Source: Verrucomicrobia bacterium UBA1263 (GTDB taxonomy: Bacteria > Verrucomicrobiota > Verrucomicrobiia > Limisphaerales > UBA1412). From it: a DNA stretch of 54,968 bases. The notes under the pieces are model-generated. The model did not search any database. It worked only from the letters and a program-made list of their open reading frames with translations, and was not told where the DNA came from. The position numbers and the translations under genes are program-made. Shown piece by piece: positions 27,099 through 34,153 of the stretch. The stretch lies in NCBI GenBank assembly GCA_002308515.1, contig DBVN01000028.1, positions 16,177 to 71,144 of the forward strand, given 5' to 3'. Each line of letters starts with the position of its first letter. The first letter of the stretch is position 1.

Positions 27099-27821
27099 AT
27101 GGCCGGACATAGTAAATGGGCAAAAGTTAAACACTTCAAAGGAGCCATTGATGCCAAGCGCTCCAAGTTGTTTGGAAAAATCGCGAAAGAGATCATGATC
27201 GCCGTCAAGATGGGATCCAGCGGCGATCCAGATATGAATCCCCGATTGCGTATGGCTTTGCTCAAAGCTCGCATGGCAAGTATGCCTCGCGATAATATCG
27301 AACGTGCCATCAAAAAAGCCTCCGGTGAAGGTGCCGCCGTCAGCTATGAAGATCTGGTGTATGAAGTCTATGGTCCCTCTGGAGTCGCCATTCTGATCGA
27401 GCTCAGTACAGACAACCGTAACCGCACTTCCGCGGAGATCCGTGCCATCCTGACACGCCACAACGGCAGCATGGCTACATCGGGAGCTGTTTCCCGCCTG
27501 TTCCAAAAGAAAGGACAATTTATTATTGAACGTGAAGCCGCTGACGAAGACAAGCTCATGGAAGTGGCTATGAACGCGGGTGCCGAAGATTTCAAGTCAG
27601 AACCCGAAGGTTATGAAATCATTACCGAGCCGGGTGATTTTGAAGCTGTCTCCAAAGCTTTAGACGAGGCCGGCATCACCTGCGCGAACGCTTCTATTAC
27701 TCAACTCCCCACAATGGTAACGCCTGTCGCGCCGGATATGGTGGAAACCGTTCAAAAACTGATAGACGCGCTGGAAGATCAGGACGATGTCCAAGAGGTC
27801 TTCACAAACGCGGATATGTAA
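27099..27821 (+). CDS. yebC: YebC/PmpR-family DNA-binding transcriptional regulator
   Basis: MAGHSKWAKVKHFKGAIDAKRSKLF...NPRLR...A...NMP-type N-terminus is diagnostic. 240 aa. Confidence 0.95.
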   Translation: MAGHSKWAKVKHFKGAIDAKRSKLFGKIAKEIMIAVKMGSSGDPDMNPRLRMALLKARMASMPRDNIERAIKKASGEGAAVSYEDLVYEVYGPSGVAILIELSTDNRNRTSAEIRAILTRHNGSMATSGAVSRLFQKKGQFIIEREAADEDKLMEVAMNAGAEDFKSEPEGYEIITEPGDFEAVSKALDEAGITCANASITQLPTMVTPVAPDMVETVQKLIDALEDQDDVQEVFTNADM

Positions 27822-27840
27822 AATTTTATCAAAAATCAAT

Positions 27841-29562
27841 ATGCGTTGGACTAAATCACTGATACCGACACTCCGTGAATCCCCTGCAGAGGCAGAGATT
27901 CTTTCTCATCAACTTTTGCTTCGCGCGGGCATCATTCGGAAACTCGCCGCGGGACTTTATAATTTTATGCCGCTGGGTATGCGCTCTCTGCGCAAAGTCC
28001 AGCAGATCGTCCGCGAAGAAATGGATCGCGCCGGTGCTTTGGAAATACTGATGCCGGCACTGCAACCGCCTGAAATATGGCAAAAGAGCGGCCGCTATGA
28101 TGCCGCGGGTGATACCCTTTTTAAAGTCAATGACCACGGTAAACGTGAATGGGTACTGGGTCCCACTCATGAAGAGGTCGTGACGACCCTGGCCGCCGGA
28201 GAAATCAGCAGCTATCGTCAGCTTCCCATCAATCTTTATCAGATCCAAACCAAATTCCGTGACGAGATCCGTCCCCGTTTTGGTCTGATGCGTGCCCGTG
28301 AGTTCATCATGAAGGACGCTTACAGCTTTGATCTGAATGATGAAGCCTCCATGGCCAGTTATCGTTTGATGTATGATACATACACTAAGATCTTCCGCCG
28401 CTGCGGTCTGAAAGCGTTCCCCGTGGAAGCCGACGCTGGTGTCATGGGAGGAAAACATACTCATGAATTCGTTGTTCCGGCGGATACAGGTGAATGTGAG
28501 ATCGCTTTCTGCGACGCTTGCGGTTATGCCGCCAATGTGGAGAAAGCGGACAGCCAAGTCGAAGCGTCCTATACAAAAGACACTGCCGCGGCAGAGGCTT
28601 TTGAAACACCGGGAGTGAAAACCATTGAAGATCTCAGCAAAGCACCTTTCAATGTTCCCGCTTCTCAACAGATCAAAACTCTTATCTTCACAGCCGAAGA
28701 CAAACCGGCTATCCTTCTGCTTCGCGGGGATTATCAGCTGAATGAAGCCAAGCTGGCTGGTATTCTTGGAACAGTCCTGTTCCGTCCGGCAACTGATGAA
28801 GAAATCGTCGCACTGATGGGCGCGCATCCCGGCAGTCTGGGCGCGGTTGGAGTCAATGGAACTCCCATCTATGCCGACCTGCTCCTTCAGGGAGCCAGCG
28901 GGATGGTCACCGGAGCAAATAAAGACGGACAGCATCTGCGTCATGTGGATATTGCCCGTGATATTCCTTCGGCCAAGTTCGTGGATATCCGCACGGTCAA
29001 AGACGGTGAAGCCTGTCCCAAGTGCGGCAAGCCCTTGTGCATCCGTCACGCCATCGAAGTCGGCCAAGTGTTCAAACTAGGTACCAAATACAGTGTCGCT
29101 TTGGGCGCTGTTTATTCTGATGAAAAAGGTGAACAGAAACCTTGCGTCATGGGTTGCTACGGTATTGGTGTCACTCGCACACTCCAAGCCATTATTGAAC
29201 AGAATTTTGACAAAGACGGCATCAACTGGCCTATGTCAGTCGCTCCATACCAGGTCTGTATCACTCCGCTGAATATCGCCGCGGACAGTGAACCAATGAA
29301 ATGGGCAGAGAAATTCTACGCGGAACTGACAGCCGCCGGTATTGAAGTGCTGATGGATGATCGTGATGAACGTCCTGGCGTTAAATTCAAAGATTCTGAA
29401 CTGATCGGTATTCCTCTGCGTTTGGCCATTGGAGAAAAATCTCTGGCCAAGGGAGTCGTGGAATTAAAACGCCGCGGCGGAGATTTGATCACTCTCAAAC
29501 CGGAAGAAGCCGTGGCAGAAGTGATCAAGCTGGTCAAAGAGGAACTCCAAAAACTCCAATAA
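27841..29562 (+). CDS. proS: proline--tRNA ligase (bacterial type with editing insertion)
   Basis: Start taken at ATG 27841 (MRWTKSLIPTLRE), because the track start 27787 overlaps yebC. Class II motifs FRDEIRPRFGLMRAREFIMKDAYSF and GCYGIGVTR, plus a C-terminal anticodon-binding domain. Confidence 0.95.
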   Translation: MRWTKSLIPTLRESPAEAEILSHQLLLRAGIIRKLAAGLYNFMPLGMRSLRKVQQIVREEMDRAGALEILMPALQPPEIWQKSGRYDAAGDTLFKVNDHGKREWVLGPTHEEVVTTLAAGEISSYRQLPINLYQIQTKFRDEIRPRFGLMRAREFIMKDAYSFDLNDEASMASYRLMYDTYTKIFRRCGLKAFPVEADAGVMGGKHTHEFVVPADTGECEIAFCDACGYAANVEKADSQVEASYTKDTAAAEAFETPGVKTIEDLSKAPFNVPASQQIKTLIFTAEDKPAILLLRGDYQLNEAKLAGILGTVLFRPATDEEIVALMGAHPGSLGAVGVNGTPIYADLLLQGASGMVTGANKDGQHLRHVDIARDIPSAKFVDIRTVKDGEACPKCGKPLCIRHAIEVGQVFKLGTKYSVALGAVYSDEKGEQKPCVMGCYGIGVTRTLQAIIEQNFDKDGINWPMSVAPYQVCITPLNIAADSEPMKWAEKFYAELTAAGIEVLMDDRDERPGVKFKDSELIGIPLRLAIGEKSLAKGVVELKRRGGDLITLKPEEAVAEVIKLVKEELQKLQ

Positions 29563-29568
29563 GCCGTT

Positions 29569-30069
29569 ATGGAACCGCTTCATGCCCCGTGGCGAATCCA
29601 GTATATCCTGGGACCGAAACCGGCTCCCTCGGATGAATCCATCTTTAGTCGAATCGCTAAAGAGCAGAATGATGAAAAAAATCACGTGATCGCACGCGGC
29701 AAAACATGTTTCGCGATTCTCAATAATTATCCTTATAACGGGGGCCATCTGATGGTGATCCCCTATCGTCAAGTCCCCGCTATCGGGGATTTGACGGATG
29801 AAGAACTTCTGGAAATGATGCACTTGGTTCAAACCTGTCAGACAGCTTTGACCGAAACAATGCATCCCCAGGGGTTCAATATCGGCATCAATCAGGGAAA
29901 GGTTGCCGGTGCCGGTATCGTTGAACATCTTCACATTCATGTGGTTCCCCGCTGGAACGGTGATTCCAACTTTATGCCGGTCATTGGTCAAACATCTATC
30001 CTGCCGCAGGCACTTTCCGAAGTAGCCGAGAACCTCCGCAAGGCCATCCGCAAACTCCAGAGTAATTAA
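29569..30069 (+). CDS. HIT-family nucleotide hydrolase/transferase
   Basis: Histidine triad EHLHIHVVPRW. Also YPYNGGHLMVIP. Confidence 0.85.
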   Translation: MEPLHAPWRIQYILGPKPAPSDESIFSRIAKEQNDEKNHVIARGKTCFAILNNYPYNGGHLMVIPYRQVPAIGDLTDEELLEMMHLVQTCQTALTETMHPQGFNIGINQGKVAGAGIVEHLHIHVVPRWNGDSNFMPVIGQTSILPQALSEVAENLRKAIRKLQSN

Positions 30070-30088
30070 AGATTTCTCGTTCCGGATC

Positions 30089-31063
30089 ATGAGCGAAACA
30101 ACTTATTACTTTGAAAACATCAGACTGGCTCAGCAGCTTTTTCACGGAAACATCCCTAATCTCAAGGCTCTTGAAACCCAATTTGATGTTAAAACAGTCG
30201 CGCGGGATAACTGGATCCGAATCGAAGGAGAACCTGCTGTTGTTGAAAGAGTCGAAAAGATCCTTCAGATGATCGAAGACTCGGTCAAAAACGGTATCAT
30301 CGTTCGAGCCAGCGACTTCTCTCATGCCATCAAAGTTGCTGAGCAAGACGGCTTGGAAACACTGCGCACACTTCAGGCATCCCGTATTTATACCTCCGCG
30401 CGCAAGCCTGTTATCATTCCCAAAACTCTTGGTCAACGCCAGTATGTGGAACTCATTCGCCAAAATGATATTACATTTGGAGTAGGTCCGGCCGGAACCG
30501 GCAAAACCTATCTGGCTATGGCTATGGCGGTCGCGGCTCTCAAAGAAGAGAAATGCACACGGCTCATTTTAACACGTCCAGCAGTGGAAGCCGGCGAGGC
30601 TTTGGGATTCCTTCCCGGAGATCTTCAGGAGAAAATCACTCCCTATCTGCGTCCTCTTTATGACGCGCTTTATGACATGATGCCTTCCGAGGACGTTCTC
30701 AAACATCAGGAACGCGCCACCATTGAGATCGCTCCTCTGGCTTATATGCGCGGACGTACACTGAACAACTCCTTTGTCATACTGGACGAAGCACAGAACG
30801 CGACACGGGAACAGATCCTCATGTTCCTCACCCGTATGGGAATCAATACTAAGATCGTGATCACGGGTGATCCTTCTCAAGTGGATCTGCCGTATCCCCG
30901 GAAATCCGGTCTTCCGGAAGCTCTCTATCTGCTGAAAAATATTCCCGGCATCGGTATCAAAGAATTTCAGAAACGTGACGTGGTGCGCCATCCTCTGGTT
31001 CAACGCATCATCCAGGCTTATGAAACCGAAAAAGCTCAAACATCCCGATCTTCCGGCCATTAA
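30089..31063 (+). CDS. phoH: PhoH-family ATPase
   Basis: Walker A GPAGTGKTYLAMA, plus ILTRPAVEAGEALGFLPGD, FVILDEAQN and GDPSQVDLP. Confidence 0.95.
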   Translation: MSETTYYFENIRLAQQLFHGNIPNLKALETQFDVKTVARDNWIRIEGEPAVVERVEKILQMIEDSVKNGIIVRASDFSHAIKVAEQDGLETLRTLQASRIYTSARKPVIIPKTLGQRQYVELIRQNDITFGVGPAGTGKTYLAMAMAVAALKEEKCTRLILTRPAVEAGEALGFLPGDLQEKITPYLRPLYDALYDMMPSEDVLKHQERATIEIAPLAYMRGRTLNNSFVILDEAQNATREQILMFLTRMGINTKIVITGDPSQVDLPYPRKSGLPEALYLLKNIPGIGIKEFQKRDVVRHPLVQRIIQAYETEKAQTSRSSGH

Positions 31064-31544
31064 GACACAACCACCGGCTGACAGTTTTATCTTAACCTTT
31101 CGCAATCTTCACCCTGGGTTTCGTTTCAATATCCCTCTTTGCCGTCCTGTCGTTCTGCTGCTGCTTTCCCGAATGGGTGTTAAAAAAGCGGAACTCAGCT
31201 GGTATTTCGTAAACGCCAAACGCATGGCCTGTGTGAATGAAAAATACCTGGGGCACGAAGGTTCCACAGATGTCATTACTTTTCAGTATCTCCAACATCC
31301 CCAAAAAGATATTCTCTTTGGCGATGTCTTCATCTGTATTGATGAAGCGCACTATTACGCAAAAGAGTTCCAGACGACACCTCAAAGCGAAACTCTCCGC
31401 TATCTCATTCATTCTATCCTTCATTTACAGGATTTTGATGATATTGATCCCGCAGATAGAAAAATCATGAAATCACATGAAAACAAGTGGGTTAAATGGA
31501 TCGAATCCCAATTAAACATGGACCAGATTCTTTTAAAACGCTGA
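31020..31544 (+). CDS. ybeY: rRNA maturation endoribonuclease YbeY
   Basis: TDVITFQY and the zinc motif HSILHLQDFDD (H-x3-H-x5-D/H). ATG 31020 chosen; it overlaps the phoH end by 44 nt and the start is uncertain. Confidence 0.85.
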   Translation: MKPKKLKHPDLPAIKTQPPADSFILTFRNLHPGFRFNIPLCRPVVLLLLSRMGVKKAELSWYFVNAKRMACVNEKYLGHEGSTDVITFQYLQHPQKDILFGDVFICIDEAHYYAKEFQTTPQSETLRYLIHSILHLQDFDDIDPADRKIMKSHENKWVKWIESQLNMDQILLKR

Positions 31545-31744
31545 TTTTTTCATTTTTCAGAAAAAAATTAAGATTCTTGTTGTTTTCAATAAGCCCAGAG
31601 CTTGACCAGTCAAGTTATTTGCTTCCAAATAAAAGCCTTGCAAGCTTATTGCAAGCGTGAAAAAGGAAAGCTGATCTTGTGTTTTTTAGTCTTTTGATCC
31701 GTGATCTTTTTCTGATCCACACGGAGACACCATGCAGAAAACAA

Positions 31745-31775
31745 AAAAAGCCTTTCTAGGGCTTTTGCTTTCTTT
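31745..31775 (+). terminator. candidate terminator about 200 nt downstream of ybeY
   Basis: Stem AAAGCC / GGCTTT (31747-31752 / about 31760-31765) followed by TGCTTTCTTTTGTGTGTTT. Confidence 0.4.
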
Positions 31776-31792
31776 TGTGTGTTTGTGTCCAG

Positions 31793-31830
31793 GTAACAAA
31801 AAAAGCCCTTCAAAAAGGGCTTTCTGTTTT
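31793..31830 (-). terminator. rho-independent terminator of the minus-strand cassette (also usable on plus)
   Basis: Stem AAGCCCTT / AAGGGCTT (31803-31810 / 31815-31822) with a 4-nt loop. An A-run on plus before it gives a U-tract on the minus strand. It sits 13-20 nt downstream of the stop at 31843. Confidence 0.75.
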
Positions 31831-31842
31831 CTGATCTACTTT

Positions 31843-32169
31843 TTAAGGAACGCGCGGCACTCCATACTTTCTGTGTCTTGCTTCCTCTGTTTGCCAGCTC
31901 ATTTTATAGTAGGTGCTGTTTGTGTGAACGGGGTCTGTTTTGGGGTCTTTTGGCTGTCCGTCTAGTGGTTTGAATAATTCAGCAAAAGGCGGATCTTTTT
32001 TCTCTTCAAAAGCGCTTGCTATTGCTCCAATTATTAGAAGCAAAGCAAAAAAACCAATAATCGGAGCCCAAACAATCAGCACAAGCCGGTTCTGTTGCTT
32101 GTCGTTCAATGTTGAGCAGACGGCAACACCGGCGGCAATGTCTTTTTTAAGTGAATGCTTTTTACCCAT
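31843..32169 (-). CDS. hypothetical single-pass membrane protein (cassette gene 5)
   Basis: 108 aa. TM helix LVLIVWAPIIGFFALLLIIGAIASAF and a Pro/Lys-rich C-terminal tail. Starts 2 nt after the stop of the ligase-like gene. Confidence 0.55.
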   Translation of the reverse strand: MGKKHSLKKDIAAGVAVCSTLNDKQQNRLVLIVWAPIIGFFALLLIIGAIASAFEEKKDPPFAELFKPLDGQPKDPKTDPVHTNSTYYKMSWQTEEARHRKYGVPRVP

Positions 32170-32171
32170 AA

Positions 32172-32816
32172 CTACAACACACCCCCTTTATAAGCAAATT
32201 TCTGCCCATCTGCAAGCTGAATCACCCATCCATCGCAAGGCGTACCGTTCCAATCTGTGGGAATTTCCCGCGGTGGGTGTCCCTCCTCTGTCCCCGTGCA
32301 CCAGTGAGACTTGAGCCACCAGGCACCAGGCTTCAGAAAGCCCTTGCATATATCCGCACAGAGTTGCGCACGTCCTCCGGCCTCTATGGTGTATAAAAGT
32401 TCAAATTCAAAAACCGTGTTACTACACGGGGCCGGAGAGCTGATAATCCTCGCCAGGTCTTTTCCAATTCTTCCGTTTCCCCTGGTAACCCAATGATCCC
32501 CTTTTTCATCAGAAAAAGTCTGTAAAAAGATTCCATCATGCTTGGGCCAATAGCGGATCGCTTTCCTGGCTATTTCCCAGGATACTTTTTTTAATCCGTA
32601 ATTAGGTACTGCAAGCTTGTAGTCTGGATACCTTGCCCAACCTTTGAGCGTTCGCGGTGGCTTGCAAATATTGCCACAATCCGCGCTCATTGCGTCATAA
32701 TCAGCATCAGAAAGCCCAGTTTCTTTCCCTTGCCAGTAAAGCGCGTCCGCTTTTTTTAATTCGTTCCGCTCCCAGCGGATCGCATCCAATGGTGCACTCT
32801 CAAAACTCATACTCAT
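32172..32816 (-). CDS. stand-alone NAD+-dependent-ligase (LigA)-like adenylation domain protein, 214 aa
   Basis: Domain-Ia-like ALYWQGKETGLSDADYD. Motif I WPKHDGIF (KxDG), followed by VTRGNGRIGKDL (compare LigA TRGDGxxGEDI). FEFELLY resembles motif III, DGWVIQ motif IV and FAYKGG motif V. No OB, Zn-finger, HhH or BRCT region. Confidence 0.6.
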   Translation of the reverse strand: MSMSFESAPLDAIRWERNELKKADALYWQGKETGLSDADYDAMSADCGNICKPPRTLKGWARYPDYKLAVPNYGLKKVSWEIARKAIRYWPKHDGIFLQTFSDEKGDHWVTRGNGRIGKDLARIISSPAPCSNTVFEFELLYTIEAGGRAQLCADICKGFLKPGAWWLKSHWCTGTEEGHPPREIPTDWNGTPCDGWVIQLADGQKFAYKGGVL

Positions 32817-32884
32817 ACTTTTTCCTTTTTAAAGTTAGGGGAGCTTTTCAGCTCCCCTTGTGTTGCTGTGTTTAACCCCGGCTT

Positions 32885-32968
32885 TTATATCCTCTTAGTT
32901 ATTAAAAACTTGAGAAGGTTAAAAAGCCAGTTGATGCAAAAGGCCACACTGATCAATAACTTCATCAT
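32885..32968 (-). CDS. candidate 27-aa hydrophobic peptide (not in ORF track)
   Basis: The minus strand translates to MMKLLISVAFCINWLFNLLKFLITKRI: one hydrophobic helix plus a basic C-terminus. No clear SD. Lies between cassette genes. Confidence 0.25.
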   Translation of the reverse strand: MMKLLISVAFCINWLFNLLKFLITKRI

Positions 32969-33023
32969 CAGAATTCAGTAAATTTATTCCAACGCACCCC
33001 TCGACAGCCAATCCATCTTGATC

Positions 33024-33515
33024 CTAATCGTTTAATGTCATGGAATCAGCGATATTCTCAGACGCAACAAAATCTTTAAAACGCCGGAAAAGTGCCCAAT
33101 TCTTTGTATGATAACAAAATGCGAGTAACCAATCCTCACGCAAGAAATACAACCGCGCGCCCAACACGTTCCAGCAATAAAAATCTGAACCAAAGTTTGT
33201 CAAATAATGCTCATCACCAAACTTCGCTGGGAACGCTGAATAAGGCATTGCGCCTGGTGTGATCAAATAATAATCGCCTTCAATTTCTGCTATATTTACT
33301 TCATACTCACCAACCTCAACCGTTGCAAGCACTTTTGGTAGACATTCCTTGAGATCAATATATTCTCCTGAATAGGGATGTCGAATAATTCCATCAATGC
33401 AATTAAAATTGACTTTTTTTACAATAACGACATTTTCACTTTTTACATTTTCCATATTATCTATTCTTTCTAGGTCTTTTTTGTGGCTGGGGAAAAGACC
33501 TAAACCCCTCGGCAT
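33024..33515 (-). CDS. hypothetical protein (cassette gene 2), no recognisable family
   Basis: 163 aa and soluble. ATG 33515 preceded by AGAGG. Alternative ATG at 33455 (MENVK). Confidence 0.55.
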   Translation of the reverse strand: MPRGLGLFPSHKKDLERIDNMENVKSENVVIVKKVNFNCIDGIIRHPYSGEYIDLKECLPKVLATVEVGEYEVNIAEIEGDYYLITPGAMPYSAFPAKFGDEHYLTNFGSDFYCWNVLGARLYFLREDWLLAFCYHTKNWALFRRFKDFVASENIADSMTLND

Positions 33516-33617
33516 TTATTTGCCTCTGAACCGCTTAATCAGCTTCCAGAGCCCGCTGGCTAAAAAGGCCATTGTGGCCGTCAAATTCGCCAGCAAGAAA
33601 AGTTTTAATAAAATCAT
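33516..33617 (-). CDS. candidate 33-aa hydrophobic peptide (not in ORF track), stop abuts the next ATG
   Basis: The minus strand translates to MILLKLFLLANLTATMAFLASGLWKLIKRFRGK. AAAGG lies 8-9 nt before the ATG (33615-33617). Its TAA (33516-33518) is immediately followed by the ATG of gene 33024-33515. Confidence 0.4.
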   Translation of the reverse strand: MILLKLFLLANLTATMAFLASGLWKLIKRFRGK

Positions 33618-33947
33618 ATTTTAACCTTTCCATTTACGAGCACTGTTGCTACCATTTCGCCCGTGAATTTTATTTCATAGCCCCTTTGCAAGTGATCCAC
33701 ACCGCGGGGGCTCTTTTTTACCCTCGCTCAGCCCGCGAGCATTGCGCACACACGCAACGGAAAAAATCTACAACAAAAACAAAAAAAATCAATATGCCTG
33801 ACCTTCTAACGCCCTTGACATCAAAAAGATGCGTTTTTATTTACCGTAAAGCATTTTATATACCATTGGTAGATTTTAGCCGAAATTTTGACGCAAAAAG
33901 GAACGGATCCAAAAAATCGAGTTTGCTCTTTTTTTGGAGCTTTTTCC

Positions 33948-34012
33948 GCGCGAATAGAAACGAGCAGGCGAGTAGAACGACCAGGCGAATAGCAGACGAT
34001 TCAGGCGACTGA
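33948..34012 (+). repeat. four direct copies of a (A/G)(G/C)GCGA-N-T-R-R decamer at 17-20 nt spacing
   Basis: GCGCGAATAG (33948), AGGCGAGTAG (33966), AGGCGAATAG (33983), AGGCGACTGA (34003). Located about 140 nt upstream of the efflux-operon start. Confidence 0.6.
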
Positions 34013-34153
34013 TACAGATTAAAAAAAAATTTTTACACAAAATCATCCTATCCTGGTTCTTTATAAGGTGGCGGACATTGTTATTGTCTTCGCCACAGTT
34101 AGAAATTATTATGGTTTCGGGTTCATGGTAAGAATCTAAAACGGGATATAAAT

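Noticed and set aside
27856-29067. 403-aa ORF on the minus strand
   Set aside because: It lies entirely antisense to proS, which has unambiguous class II synthetase motifs. The translation is low-complexity and Arg/Gly/Phe-rich, as expected for the reverse frame of a GC-normal gene.
31732-31965. 77-aa plus-strand ORF with a lipoprotein-like N-terminus (MQKTKKAFLGLLLSFVCLC)
   Set aside because: It reads straight through two terminator hairpins and overlaps the better-supported minus-strand 108-aa gene. The hydrophobic stretch is just the translated T-rich terminator tail.
32172-32816. Reading the ligase-like ORF as a pseudogene fragment of the housekeeping ligA
   Set aside because: All inter-motif loops are shortened while motif order and the Ia residue spacing are kept. 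The ORF has its own start, and its stop is coupled to the next gene. A simple truncation would keep LigA spacing. This reading still needs homology searches to exclude fully.
33948-34012. Possible CRISPR array (also considered for the LRR repeats at 53790-54420)
   Set aside because: The repeat units are only about 10 nt with 7-10 nt between them, far below CRISPR repeat and spacer sizes, and they are imperfect. The LRR repeats are in-frame coding repeats. No cas genes are present.
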